Origin: Lama guanicoe
Taxonomy: Eukaryota
Reading direction: 5' to 3'
Assembly (NCBI GenBank): GCA_013239625.1
Contig: MU053994.1
Span: forward strand, 1,739,775-1,803,774
Length of the DNA stretch: 64,000 nt
The notes below the pieces were generated by a model, which saw only the letters and a list, made by a program, of their open reading frames with translations, did no database searches and was not told the origin of the DNA. The translations under genes and the position numbers were made by a program. Positions 35,850 through 48,578 of this stretch are shown piece after piece (position 1 is the first letter of the stretch; every line of letters begins with the position of its first letter).

Positions 35850-36330
35850 AAGAAAGAGACATGGTGACTCAATGCCATATCTGATCCTAGAGTAGATCCT
35901 ATCCCGAAGGGGGAAATGCTATTAGAAACATTACTGGGGCAATTGACAAAATGAGACCATGAATGGTAAATTAGATAAAAAGATTGTATTGATAAATTTA
36001 CTGAAGTTGGTGACTCTACTGTTGGTAACTGTACTGTGGTTATGTAATAAAATATCCTTATTCTTTAGAAATGCTGATGCATTTCAGAGTAAAGGGCCAT
36101 GATGTGTGCAACCTACCCTATAATAGTATAGGAAAAATTATATATGTTACGTGTGTAGATGGATTGATTGATGCAGATAGAGAGGGTGCACATAAAGCAG
36201 ATGTGTTACAGTTTAAAGTGTTCAAAAAAATAGGTGAATGTGGATAAGGGGTATATGGCTATTCTTTGTACTGTAATCATTCTTGTAATATTTCTGTTAA
36301 GTTGGAAGTTCTTTCCAATTAAATTTTTTT
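35850..36330 (+). mobile_element. Old L1 3'UTR fragment (L1MC-like)
   Basis: AAGAGACATGGTGACTCAATGC..ATTACTGGGGCAATTGACAAAAT..GGTGAATGTGGATAAGGGGTATATGG. Confidence 0.75.
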
Positions 36331-36506
36331 AATTGGCTTCACTTTCTTTTTAAATAGTCAGCCTTCGCAGTGTGTTTAAGCATCATTTAATTCTGCAAAA
36401 TTCTACTTACGCTCAACTTTTCAGGGACGACTCTGGTACATGAAACTCAAGTACATTTGGAATTATATTCCTTCCATCTTTCAGATATAACAAATGTACT
36501 CTACAC

Positions 36507-36836
36507 CAGGGCCGTGCAATCGAAGCTTCTATGATGATGGAAATGTCCTTTTTCTGTGCTGGCCAATTCTGGGAACAGTAGCTACATGTGGCTATTGAGC
36601 ATTTGAAATTAAGCTAGCCCTAAAGGGGATGTGCTGTAAGTGTAAAATACATACCAGATCTCAAAGACTTGGTGTGAAAAAGAACAGAGACTATTTTGGA
36701 TATAGCAGGCTAAATATATTAATGAAATTCATTTCATCTGTTTCTTTCTATGCTCTTTAATGTGGCGATTAGAAAATTTTTAATTACTTACATGGTTCAC
36801 ATTTGTGGCTCGCTTGATAGTTCTATTGGACAGCTA
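36507..36836. mobile_element. hAT-Charlie MITE (MER33-like)
   Basis: TGATGATGGAAATGTCC..GCTACATGTGGCTATTGAGCATTTGAAAT..TGTAAGTGTAAAATACATACCAGAT..CTATTGGACAGC. Confidence 0.75.
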
Positions 36837-37242
36837 TTCTAGAAAGTCATGGAGGATGGGCTGGTTCTGACTTGGCCTGTGGCTGAAGCTGAAAGCCTCT
36901 CCTGGCCTCACCATTCTGACGTGGGGAAGACTCCTGGGAAATAATGACTGATTTTAGGGTTTTCAAGGAGCTTGATCCCTTAGAGCCTGAGAATTGAATA
37001 ACTGGGCAAGAGAAGGGGTTGGTGGAGAAGTGTTCTAAGTTGAGCCACCATTTTGTAGGTGATGTTTTATTCAAAACCCATAGGCAAGAGAAGGCATGGT
37101 GGGTCTGAGATACAAAGTGAAGCTCAAAGTGGGAGGAGAGTGAGTAGTAAGAGATAAGAGGTAGGCCTTGTAAGCTCCACTGAGAAACTTGCATTTTCCC
37201 CTAAGGCTAATGGGGAAGCATCAGAAGTATGTTAAGCAGTCA

Positions 37243-37415
37243 TTATGGACTGAATGTTTGTGCCCCTATCCCCAAAATCATAGGTTGAAAGTTAACACCC
37301 AATGTGATGGTACTAGGAGGTGGCGCCTTTGGGAGGTAATAAGGTCATGAGGGTGGAGCCCTGATGAATGAGATTAGTGCTCTTATAAGAAGAGACAGGA
37401 GACCTAGCTTGCCCT
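37243..37415 (+). mobile_element. MaLR LTR 5' part (MLT1A-like)
   Basis: TATGGACTGAATGTTTGTGCCCC..CCCAATGTGATGGTA..GGTCATGAGGGTGGAGCCCTGATGAATGAGATTAGTGCTCTTATAAGAAGAG. Confidence 0.85.
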
Positions 37416-37554
37416 GTGTGGTTGAGATCCATATTTCTACCACTGTTGAATGTTACTGGGGCAATCACTCAAATCTCTGTTCCTTTCATCCAGAAGACCA
37501 TGACCAAAAGCTCTCAACCAGCAGAGGGGACAGGACCTCACAAGGACAGCTGCA

Positions 37555-38036
37555 GTGTGGCCAACTGTAGTTTCAAAAGATGCCCATATTATGGTCCCAT
37601 GTATTCTTTCAGTACCTTGCACTTCCCATCAGAGGTGTAGTCTATGTCCCATGACTGCTCTCACCAACCGTGTCCAGCAAAAATGACACCATGTGACTTC
37701 AGAGGTTAGGTCCTAAAAAGACACAGCTTTCACCAGGCTCTCCGTTGGGACACTGGTCCTTGGAACCCAGTCGCCATGCTGTAAGGAAGCCCAGGCTACA
37801 TGGAGAGGCCATAGCCAGCATCAACCACCAGACATGTGCATGCACAAGTTTCCAGGTGACTCCAGCCCCTAGTCTTTGAGTCGTCCAGCTGAGCCTCCAG
37901 ACATTGTGAAGCAGAGACAAGTCATTTCTGCCATACTCCGTCCAAATTCCTGACCCACAGACTCTGTGAGCATAATAAATGGTTGTTTTAGGCCACTCTG
38001 AAGGTGATTTGCTTTGCAGCCCTAGTACCTGGAATA
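37555..38036 (+). mobile_element. MaLR LTR (MLT1F/G-like)
   Basis: GGAACCCAGTCGCCATGCTGTAAGGAAGCCCAGG..AAATTCCTGACCCACAGA..AAATGGTTGTTTTAGGCCACT. Confidence 0.8.
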
Positions 38037-39049
38037 CCCAGAATTCAGCCAGAAGCATCCCAGCTTTACAGAACAGAGGCAGCTGTTGCAATGCATGCTG
38101 GGACACAGGGGTGGGGCTTAAGCAGTAGCCACTTGCCCCCAGCTTCTCACACACCAAGGAGCACATACCGGCTGGAATCCCGCTGCGAGCTTAGCATTTA
38201 GCAGCTGGTAGATAGTTCTCAACTGGGTTTTCTAGAATTATCAGTGGCATGGACAACTTTGTAGAGGGAAGAGTCAAATAAAATGCAGAGCAGATTTTAA
38301 AGCACTAAGTTTGACATTAAATAGGTGTTAAAATATCTGTCATCTATATTGCCTTTCAGCTCTAGAGAACTCCAATCATGACAATAATTAATATAATGGC
38401 TTGATTTATTGCTACTTTTCCTCAGCATAGTATTTATTTCATTATTTTAAAATGTTTGAATCACCCAGGCAGGCTGGCTAAGGTGAAAGATGGTGAGGAA
38501 TGTTCTGCCAGAAAAGGAGAGAGAAAATTACACAATTTATAAAATTAGTAACATAAGTAAAAGTGACTGTCCATGTACTTTAAAAATAAACTGGCTCTAG
38601 GCAATCTTAGAGGTGAGGTCAATTTAAAAAAAAAAGAAAAAAAAACAGAAGAAACCAAAAGCTGAATCGTGGAGGTTGTCAGATGGTGCGTTCTTAGACC
38701 TAGTAGCTCGTGTCTCCTGACCTGGCCTGCATTTGTCCCCTGACAATGCCCCGGGGAAAGAACAGTGTTGTTGGCCTTTCCAGCGTAGGTCACATGGTGG
38801 GCGGGGGGAGTGGCAGGCGCCCAGCCTTGTGCAGCCACCCACAGGCACGCACTTCCTTCCCATCCTGTCCCGCAAGAACACAGCCCTCTCACCTGGACAA
38901 AACGCCCTCACATCAGCCCAAGAAAGTGAGTCACTGGGCTGGGACGGGAACAGGGGAGCACGAACAACGTGCCCTCCCAGAGAAGTTCTGGAAAGACAGG
39001 ACAGGGAAAGTCAGAAGTGATCATCCTCTTGAGTGGGAGGGGGAGGGGA

Positions 39050-39350
39050 GATGCTGAGCACTCTCACATGGATGTTCTGACCCCAGCATCATTTCATTTA
39101 ATCCTCACGACAGGCGTGTGAAGGAGATCCTTGTAATCCCCATCTTACAGACGAGAAAACAGGAGCTCTAGGCTGAATTTCCCAAGACCACAAAAATTAG
39201 GAAATAATAATAATCAGATGTTAATAACGAATATTTTAGGAGCCCTTACTCTGGCCCCAGGAAGTAGCCCTAATAACTTAATTTGCATTATGTGGCTATT
39301 GTTATCTGCATTGTGCAGATGAGAAGAGGGAAGCTAAGAGATCACTTGCC
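39050..39350 (-). mobile_element. Two MIR fragments
   Basis: TCATTTAATCCTCACGACA..CCCATCTTACAGACGAGAAAACAGG; CATTGTGCAGATGAGAA. Confidence 0.6.
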
Positions 39351-39965
39351 AAAAAACGCAAGCCCCTCTTCCCCCTGCCAAATTATCCCCACGTCTTCCT
39401 TCAGCCCAGAGAAATGGGAGAGCTGCACCAAGGGTGTAAACGAGGCAGCCCAGGGCGAGGCACCTGGGGGAGGCGGACCGCACTGATGGGTACAGTGCAG
39501 AGAGTGTGTCCCCACGGAGACCGAAGCGGCGGCAGCGTCTCTGCGGATGGCGGGGCCCAGGGATTCACAGCCTAATGAACTAGATCATGAAATCTCATTT
39601 GCCTGTTCAATAGCTTCTGTGATGCGCTCAGGTTCACTTAGAATGAAAAGAAAAGGGGGCTGAGAAAGGCCTCATTTTTCGCACTTTCAAAGCGTGGGAA
39701 GATTGATGGGGAGAGAGGTCCCAGGAGGTCCACCCGGGAAGCAGGCGTGGCCGGCAAGGCTGAGAGAGCAGGGAGGCCTGAGTGTTCACACCAACAGCCC
39801 AACGGATGTCCTAAGCAAGCCATCTCCAGCACAGCGCCCGGCGCGGACCAGGGCTCTCTGTCGATTATTCGTAATTGAATTTACCGAGAAAGCAGCTCCG
39901 CACATCCTCCTACGATCTCCCAGCAGGAAGATGCTGTAGGAGGGTGGCCATGGGACCCCACAGAG

Positions 39966-40230
39966 CAGTGCTTCTCAGACTATCTGTGGTGAGGGACCAG
40001 TTGTTTTTTATTTGTTTGTTTTCCCAATCTGTCGCGGACAAATCTTTGCTAAAATACAATAAAAATGAATTACTGGGGAACAAATGAAACTTAAAAAGCC
40101 CAAAGTTTTAGTATTTGGATTCAACCGATGTAAAATTACTTTGTCTTGATGTTGGGTTTCTAAATGCTTATTCTCAGTTTCTGTCATTTACAGGTAACAA
40201 ATCCTCCCCCAGCTGGCAGTGGTCTGCGGA
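39966..40230. mobile_element. hAT-Charlie family MITE
   Basis: TIR-like ends CAGTGCTTCTCAGA and TTTGAGTAGCAGTG; GGTCTGCGGACCAC subterminal. Confidence 0.7.
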
Positions 40231-41439
40231 CCACTCTTTGAGTAGCAGTGCCGCAAAGGACTCTGGGATGGTTGGCCAGAGCCTCCCAGGGGATGAGATG
40301 TCCTTGAGGAGAAGCCCTCTGGGCAATGGGTTTGGCAGGACAGAAAAAGATGACTGCCCCTAGTAGAGTATAAAATTCTGCAAATATTGATGCTTATCAC
40401 ATTTTTACTCGTAACACATCCCTGAGGGAAAGAGCGAGGACAGGCATTGCATTTTTTTCCTTAAGTGGGGAAACCAAGGCTCAGGGCAATAGGGGACTTA
40501 TTCAAGTTCACAAGAGTTTGTGAAGGCCAGGTCTTCCTCCCCGTTTCCAATAACCTCTTGGACCAACTTTCTCCTTCTGATGAGGGAGCACCGCTATCTA
40601 CACAGGGGCACCCCAAGGAAAATCTTCTCTTCCGCAGGGGACCCTCCTTTCTGCCCTTGCTGAGGGCTTCAGGGGGCGTCTTTCAGATTCTTCCTAACTC
40701 TCTTACCTGCTCTCCTCACCCCCTCTTCCATGAGGAATGGGAGTCTCGACCCGTCCCAAAGGAGAGAGCAAAACAGGATGCCCAAATCAGAGAACCTTTT
40801 CTTGTTGGCCACAGGAACCAGGAGATCCACCTCAGATATTTCCTCTCGCCCACTGGCAAATCGTACCTCCTGAAATTGAAAGGGCACCTGGAACCATTGG
40901 AATCTGGACCTTTTGAGCCTTTAGTCCCGCTCCCTGCTGCCTGGGGCCTGTCTTCCACATCACACTCAGAAGGGGCTGTGCAACACTCTTTCCCAACCAT
41001 ACCATCTGCAAGCCCACACTATACATATAGAAGGACCACCATCTCCTGGCCCAGAAGCTGCCAGCAACAGAAAAACCTGCTTTGACCAGTGACGCTTTTG
41101 CCAGCAGATGTCACTGCAGCCTGACCTCAGGTTACCAAAAATAAGCCACTAATTTTGGTTTTGAAGCTCTAGGAGGCCCATGGACAAACAGGCACCCAGA
41201 AGATACACTCCTTTGTCGCCTTTTCTTCTCTTCCTATGTGGCAGACTTGCTACCTAACTGCCAGAAAGGTGTCTTTCATACCTCTGTTTCACCATCTGTA
41301 AAATGGATTCCTTTCCACATGTTCCTTTCCTTCCCTACAGAGATGCTGTGGGATTCCGGAATGGCCATGATGTTCTAGAGCTATCTGGTTCCCCTCCTCA
41401 CAGAACTTTGGTTATTTCCTCAAACAGTGGCTAAAATCG

Positions 41440-43440
41440 GAGCACCCTGGTGATAATGGACTTACCTCATATTTGCCTTAACAGGTATCCGGGAACCACC
41501 TCCACCTACTCTCGTTTCCATGGTAACAGAAGGGTCCAAAAGGGGAAAAAAAAAACCCTCTAACAAAATAAGACATCTAAGAGGCATAAACAAAATATGT
41601 GATGGTGTGGGAGGCTGTAAAGTTTTTATTGCCACCTGTTTGGGAAGACCTGCATAATTCAATCGTGCTCCTGGCATTTGCGAGGGAAGCAATCACCCCA
41701 AAGTTGTGGCAATAAAGCCTTTATGGGCCACCCCCCCCATGCTGTCACGCTCGCTTTCTAGGTACAAAGCCCCAGTTTGATAAACTTCCGCTTCTTGTAT
41801 TTGCATAATGGAAACGGACGAGATTTTTAAACCCAGGCTGTTGGGAGGCATAACTCGCAGCTCTCCTGGAAGTGAATCATGAGCTCGTCGGGGTGGAGGT
41901 GGCTGGGAGGAACACCAAATCCCAAGGACAGGACCGCAGGGCTGGGCGGGGGTCCGGGGAAAGACCCTCCCCCCTCCCTCTGACCTGGTGCCGGGCGAGT
42001 TCTAGTTGAAGGTCACATTAGCCCGCATCAGAGAATCAAACGGTCAAAGTGCCTTCAAGGCGAGCCCACTGGCTGAGAGAGCCTGTCTAGTGCCAGTCTG
42101 GGGCAGAAAGGGGAGTTGCAACTCAAGTGCATATCTGATGTTCCTTCCCATCAGCCCCCCATCCTGCTCTCTTTGAGCCTACCTTTTCTGGCACCCCCCT
42201 CTCTCATCTGCCATCCATCACCCACCACTGCCACTATTTTTTGCAGAGTGTACCCGTCGGGGGCAGGGGCGGGAGCGGGTAAGTAGCAGCGGCTGCTCCT
42301 GGTGCCTCCCGCTCTCAGGAGATTACTGCAGCCCTGCCGGCGCTCAGTGGTAAAAGTTTGAACGTGTCTGCAGAGCTTAATCAAATGCTAATTCCGTGTG
42401 GTGAAAGAATTTGCTGGAATCTGCAAGGGAGCTCCTGGCAGCAAGAAAATGCGTTGATTCACTCCCAAATCTGCTTTGCCCAAGCCGGGTGCGATTTAGA
42501 CTGTAAAGCTGCATTCAATCACAAAGTGCTGTGTGGATCACACAGCCATCCTTTGTGTCGTTAATGAAGGGAAAAACAGGGCTTTATTCTGAAGCTTTGT
42601 GTATAATCAGATGCCATGTTGTAAAGCTCTGGAAAACACACCAGAAATCATAATTGGGAGGAAATAAAAGGGTTAGTCCAAAAGAGCATATGATTTAAAT
42701 AAGAAGGGGAAAGAAACTGCCCCCAAGATTTGTGCGTTTCAAGAATCAACTTTTAATTCATTCGCAGGGAGATTACAGAAGGGGAGGAGCAGCCTTTAAA
42801 ATAGTATGAAAAGCTAGTTTAGATGTAAATGAGAGATAATGGGCTTTCGCCGGGAAATAAGCAAGGGGGCCAAGTTTGTGCCCAGGGCCGGGGCGGGGGT
42901 GGGGGGACACATCTTGGCATGCCCGGCTCCGAAGGTCTCTAGACCCAGATACGGCGGAGAACACAGGGTTTGCCCGGCCCGGTGGGAGAGAGGAGGTTTC
43001 ATGGCCCAGGGTCTGGTACCCAGCATTCAGAGCAAAAGGAAGGTGCTGGCTGCCCGCGGTGGTCCCCAAGGAGTCTGAATCTTGGCCGGGTTGGGGCAGG
43101 GAGAGAGCTTGATTGTTGCTTTAACACAGAAAATCTCGGTGTGAGCATTTTGAGGTCGCTAAGGAAGGGGGTTGGGGCTTTTACGCTTGTCTTCCAGCTG
43201 GAGTTAAGGAGCGCTGCGTCGAGCCCTCCCCAGCCCTAATTCTCTAATGATTTGCTTATTAGTTCGGATCAGGGAGCCAGCTTCTGGAGAGATGTGAATT
43301 GGCATTGATTTAATCCTCTTCCCAGCACGCGCTCCCAGCCCAGGGTGAGGCTGGGAGGGGAGAGGGGGGCTGCCAGCCCGTTCAAGAGCAAGTTGCTGCT
43401 TCTCCTGCCTCGCTTTGTCTGCCCTCCTTCCCATCTGCTC
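41440..43440. promoter_or_regulatory. Candidate enhancer cluster with a perfect RFX X-box
   Basis: GTTTCCATGGTAAC 41514-41527; ATTTGCAT octamer at about 41799; G4-type run 42885-42906; TGATTTAATCC 43306; no recognisable repeat. Confidence 0.45.
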
Positions 43441-43639
43441 TCAGGCAGAGAGGAGCTGGTGGATGAAGCCCGGGCTCTAGATCAGGCTGAGCTCGGCAGC
43501 CTCCTAAGGAAATGAGAGGTGTGGACAAGATGCTGCGGAAGGTCCCTCAGCTCGAGCACCTCTAATTAGATGGACTGGAACCTTTGGAAAGTTTGGGAGG
43601 GGCATAATTCCTCCCACACGTGTTCGCTATTCTGTAAAT

Positions 43640-43780
43640 CACGTGCTGTTCCACGTATCATGTCACTTAAACCACCCCAAATCCTCTCCGGTAGCTATTG
43701 TCATTATCCACATTTAACAAGAAAGAAAGCCGAGCCTCAGAGAGGTTAAATAAGTCGCCTAAGGTCACACAGGTCGAAGT
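43640..43780 (-). mobile_element. MIR SINE
   Basis: CATTATCCACATTT..CTCAGAGAGGTTAAATAAGTCGCCTAAGGTCACACAG. Confidence 0.75.
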
Positions 43781-45174
43781 CTTCGCCACCGTGCTGTGTG
43801 GCTTCATCGGAGCTGCTTCCGCTTGCACATGCCTTCTTCACCTCCGATGGTCCATCCCTTTGTAAACTGTCCTCAAGAGCATCTCTCTCCATCCTTCTTC
43901 TAACAAGATAACGGTAGTCAAGGCCTCGGTGTTTTAGAGTTTGCTGCTCAGGCTTCATCCCACCGACTGGGCGCCCTTTTCTGAACATGGCAAGAAGCAC
44001 AACCGAGGGATTGTTTATTCCAACCCGACTGGCCTCATTATAGTTCCAGCTCCACACCTGCACTCGGGACGTCCCCATGACCTATACTCCCTGTCCTTCT
44101 CTTCCCCCTTTATAGCAACACCACGGGGCTCCACTGAATCTATGCAAGTCGATGGTCACTGTGTCCCCACATTGTCCTCTTCTATGGGGAGTTCCCTTCT
44201 CTGAGCTGCCGCTGGGCCCTGAGTGGGCTTACCTTTCCTGTTCACCGCACCCCCCACTCCGTCACCGCCGTGACACTAAGCATTTGAGAGCTGGAACTGA
44301 GTCTCATATTTCTCTACATTTCTAATTCTATGGTGTCTTGAACATAGTAGGCCCTTGGAAAGAATCTGCCAGTAGACTGATTAACAGAACATGGGACTCT
44401 ACTTGTGGTTTCTTTGAAAATCTCTGGCGGATATCTTTCCAATCCCCGTAAGCCCTGCCACTCGTCAAAAGCGATCCATTACAGATTTCACCTGCCAAGG
44501 CCTCCGTTTCAGAATGCTATTAAGGGTCCAAATAAAGGAAGCGTTTCCAAGAAATCCCTGGAGTTGGCTGGTCCTAAAGGCAGCTCCAAGAGTCCAACCG
44601 GCATATGTTAAGCTCCTACCGTGTACCCGGGCGTGGGGGCTAGGCCTGGAGGATACCAAAATGAATAAGATATAGGGTCTGCCTCTCCATCTGGTGGATT
44701 GTAACCTGAACCAGACAGCCGTTGTGTGGGTCTCCTCCACTCAGTGGTAAACTTGGTGAGAGCCAGGATCACACACTAGATGTGATCACCATTCTACCTC
44801 CAATGTGTAGTAGAGGGAAGGCATGCTCTGGAAATCCACATTGCGTAAGAACCCGCAAAGAACTCTGCCATGTTGCCTTGTTTAATCTCCACCCCAACAC
44901 GGTAAAATTAGTACAGTGATTCTTCATTCTCGTGATGAGAAAATGGGCTGGATGACTTCAAGTAAGTTTCCGGAGATTACATCTGGGGCGGAGGTGGAGG
45001 GGTTCAGATCCATGTCTGACTCCCATCCTTTACACGCCTACCCGGGGACTCCCAGGATGCCCTCCTGAGTTGGCAGATGATGGGCCAGACAGCTATGAGC
45101 CAGTTCTGATTAAGTGTAAGCTGTCATTGTCTCCTCAACAGCCAATTCACATCCCAGCTTAAAAGGAATTGCTC

Positions 45175-45672
45175 AGAATGAGCCCACCTAGCCATTGGTT
45201 TCTAAATACCATTTTTTCCCCATCAAAAGCAACCAGCCTCCTTGGAGAAATAGATGAAAGGAGGCTAAAGAGACATGACGACTAAATGCAATATTGATCC
45301 TAGATTGGTTTCTGGATCAGGAAAAGAACATGATACAAAGTACAGTGGAGGGACTATTGACAAAATGTGAATATGGACTCTAAGTAAGAGAATATGTTTG
45401 CATCAGTATAAATGCCTTGGGTGTGAAAATGGTCTTGTGGTTATGTACGAGAATGCCCTTACTTCAGAGTGGCTGAAATAGAGGTGAAGTGTTATTATAC
45501 CTATAAATTACTTTTGAATGGTTGGGGAAAGAGATTAGATAGATAGATAAATAAACAATTATGGCAAAATAATAATTAGTGACACAAGAGGCAGTGTGAT
45601 AGGGTACATGGGTGCTCACTGTATTACTCTTTCTATTTTCCTGAAGGTTTGACATTTTTCAAAATAAAAATT
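45175..45672 (+). mobile_element. Old L1 3'UTR (L1MC4-like)
   Basis: GGTTTCTAAATACCATT..CCTTGGAGAAAT..CTAAAGAGACATGACGACTAAATGCAA..TTTTTCAAAATAAAAA. Confidence 0.75.
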
Positions 45673-46483
45673 AGAAGGGGAGAGAATTACACAGAAATGG
45701 CCCTAAGAAGTTTGCCCACATCCACCAGGAAGGTCTGGGATGGAGGCTGGGGGCCACAAATGCAGATGCGCCGGTCACAGTGAAGGAGCAGCCGTGGGAA
45801 CGGATGCATTAGCCGAAGTACATTTGTTACAAGAACGCTCACAAGAGGCCTCTGTAGCAACCGACCATTTTTACAGGCCTTTTCAAACGTGAAACCAAAT
45901 TAACTACTACATACCATTAAATACAGAGCTGTACATGCGAAAACCCTTGAGTGGTAACCCAGGACAAGGTGGGAGCAGGTTGGAGGTATCCCATCTCCAC
46001 TTCAGAGACTCAAATCTAGGCCACTTATTACCTCGGGTAACACCTAAATGTCAAAAGGCACGGACGGAGCCAGAGAGCGAAGCTCGCCTGTGAATACAAA
46101 TGGGAACGGGCTTTAAAAATAAAGCCGGGGTTCAGGTTCCAATACTCCAAATGCCAATCAAAAGACTCATTTATTTTTTTAAATACGTGGATGAGAGTTG
46201 AGAATTATGTCTGAAAGGCCGTATCCAGGAATAAGCACAGAGATCATCGTGTAGATTTCTGAAGTTCTGTTTGGCTGCCTTGGGTTTAGTTTAGTGTTTT
46301 TTTTTTTTTTTAAACCAGTCGGGAGGCTGGGGATGAAAACGAGCACCTATTTGTGAAATTTTTTTCAAAGTAAAAGAATGAAAGAGAAAGAACTGCTCAG
46401 ACCAGGCTCTGAAAATATCTTCCCCAGGTAGGTCTGGGGAGTGCGGATGGAGAGAATCACTGTAATTAGAGAAAAGCAGTGGT

Positions 46484-46572
46484 GGGAGGCGTGGATGTAG
46501 CTCAGGGGTAGAGCGCATGCTTAGCATGCACGAAGTTCTGGGTTCAATCTCCAGTACCTCCATCAAAAAAAA
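46484..46572 (+). mobile_element. tRNA-derived camelid-type SINE
   Basis: TAGCTCAGGGGTAGAGCGCATGCTTAGCATGCACGAAGTTCTGGGTTCAATCTCCAGTACCTCCATC-A8. Confidence 0.88.
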
Positions 46573-46586
46573 TTGAAAATTTAAAA

Positions 46587-46785
46587 GATGTTATGTTGAG
46601 TGCTCTTACCACAAAAGGGGGTGGGGAAGCAGGTGGAGGGAGACTTTTGGAAGTGCTAGCTATATTTAAGGCATTGATGGCGGTGATGCTTTCATGGGTG
46701 TACGCTTACCTCTAAGCACATCGAGTTGTATGTATTAAATATCCACACCTTTTTGTATGTCAAGCATACCTCAATAAAGCAGTTG
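46587..46785 (+). mobile_element. L1MB-like 3' end
   Basis: GAGTGCTCTTACCACAAAA..GGTGATGCTTTCATGGGTGTACGC..CATACCTCAATAAAGC. Confidence 0.8.
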
Positions 46786-46912
46786 AAAGGAAGGAAAGAA
46801 AGGAAAGGAAGGAAAGAAGGAAGGAAGGAAAGAAGGAAGGAAGGAAGGAAAGAAGGAAAGAAGGAAGGAAGGAAGGAAAGAAGGAAGGAAGGAAGGAAAG
46901 AAGGAAGGAAGG
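46785..46912. repeat. (GGAA/GAAA)n microsatellite
   Basis: Pure purine tetranucleotide array directly after the L1 poly(A) signal. Confidence 0.95.
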
Positions 46913-48578
46913 TACATTTTAGATCTAAAATTTTGCTCTTGGTGGAAAAATACTTGACAACAAGGACGAACTTTGATGTCAACACTTTGAGGAAGTCACC
47001 AAACCCGTGAGGGCTTTCTGAAGACAGCCTACCTGCTAACAAAAGTTGAGATGCACTGGCTTGGAGGCTTCGAATTTCTGTCAGTGAAGTCCTGGTGATG
47101 CCTTTGGTAGCCGATGGCAGAATTTCCTCCTAAGGCCTGGCACTTGAGAGGTGGTCTCCGACTGAGGCAGTTGACAAATCCAGTGACCCTGTTCTCGAGT
47201 GAGAGGGGTCCAGCTCAGGGCAAAAGAAAGCCCTCATTGCTGCCACGACCACCCCTGACACCCCAAGCAGCCAATCTGAGAGCCAGGTAGGGGCAGAACT
47301 TCTGCTCAGGGTTTAGGGGAGCAAAGCCCCTCTCTCCTGGCCAGGCGCCATTTTGTTTCTCCTCAGAAGAAACTCAGAACAAGGGCAAGAACAGAGCTGA
47401 AGAGAATCAAGGGCAGGCTCGGCCAACAGAAGACATTCCTATTTGGAAAAATAAGGACAGTCCAGTTCATCGTTAGAGGCCACGGTTATTGCTGTTTTGG
47501 TTTTAGTTTGTCTGGGGGAAGCAGACCATTGCAGGAAATAGAGTCGAAAAGTCACTCAACCTTATCCTGCTTTGCCAGCCAAAAGTTCTCACAGAGAAGT
47601 CTCCAGACTGTAAGGAAGAGGGCATGAGCCCTATACGATGTCGTGGCTTTGGAATTTATTTAGATTGCCTTTTTAGTATGTTACAGTCCCTCTTTTGTAA
47701 ATGTGCTATGTGTGCTCAAAACGAATGTGTAATCTTGTTTGTTGAGGGTCAAAGTCTATTAATACACATTAAAGTGTACTCACTGTGTGCTTCAAGTCTT
47801 CAGTAGTTACATTTATTTTTTTTGTCTTCTTTATTCATCAGTTTTCAGAGAGAGAAATCTTAAAATCTCCAGCCACACTTCCTGGTTTATCTATTTTGTT
47901 TTCCAGTTCTGTTCACTGTTCGCTTTAAATGCTGGAGGTTCTGTTGATAATCGCATGGAATGTAAATCCTAATGAAAAGTATCTCGGTCTGTTTTGTTCT
48001 CTATTGGATCCTTCAAACCTAGAACGATGCCTAGAATATTGTAGGCATTTAATACATTTTGCTATATGAATAAATCAAAGTATGTTCATCATCCTTTTTT
48101 AACTCTGGAACTATTATTTCTTTACCCAGTATAAACCATCCCCTTTTGAACTCGAATGTCTATTGCCTTGAATTCTAGTTGACTCTTCGGATAGTAAAAT
48201 TGCTACTCTAGCTTTATTTGATTTATTTTTTCCTGATATTTTTTCCCCCATTCATTTCCTTTCAGCTAGCCTGTGTTCTTCAGCTTTAAGAATACAAAAA
48301 CAGTGGATAGTGGACAGGCTGGTTGTGATCTGTGAGTTTGGCCCACTTGTATTTCTTCCAATTACCTCTCAGAATTCATTTTACCGTCTTAATTCCCATT
48401 TACTATTAACCGTAATTTATTTCTGTGTTTGTTTTCTTTGATTCCTGACTTTTCTTGAACATTTCAAATGTTTCTCTGCTAGTTTATAGGCTACACATTC
48501 TAAGTTTATTCTTCTGGTGATTACCTGTAGCTTATTTATCCTCATTTCTTCCATCTATTTATTAAACTTAGCAACACC

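Noticed and set aside
40465..41085. 206-aa ORF
   Set aside because: Starts in a MIR-like stretch with a non-ATG codon; no homology I recognise
46484..46572. Possible tRNA gene (also 8662 and 33106)
   Set aside because: A/B boxes are present but followed by A-rich tails, two copies have TSDs, and no intact acceptor stem is evident; these are SINEs
46692..47042. ORFs with KEGR or LPSF repeats
   Set aside because: Translations of the (GGAA)n array
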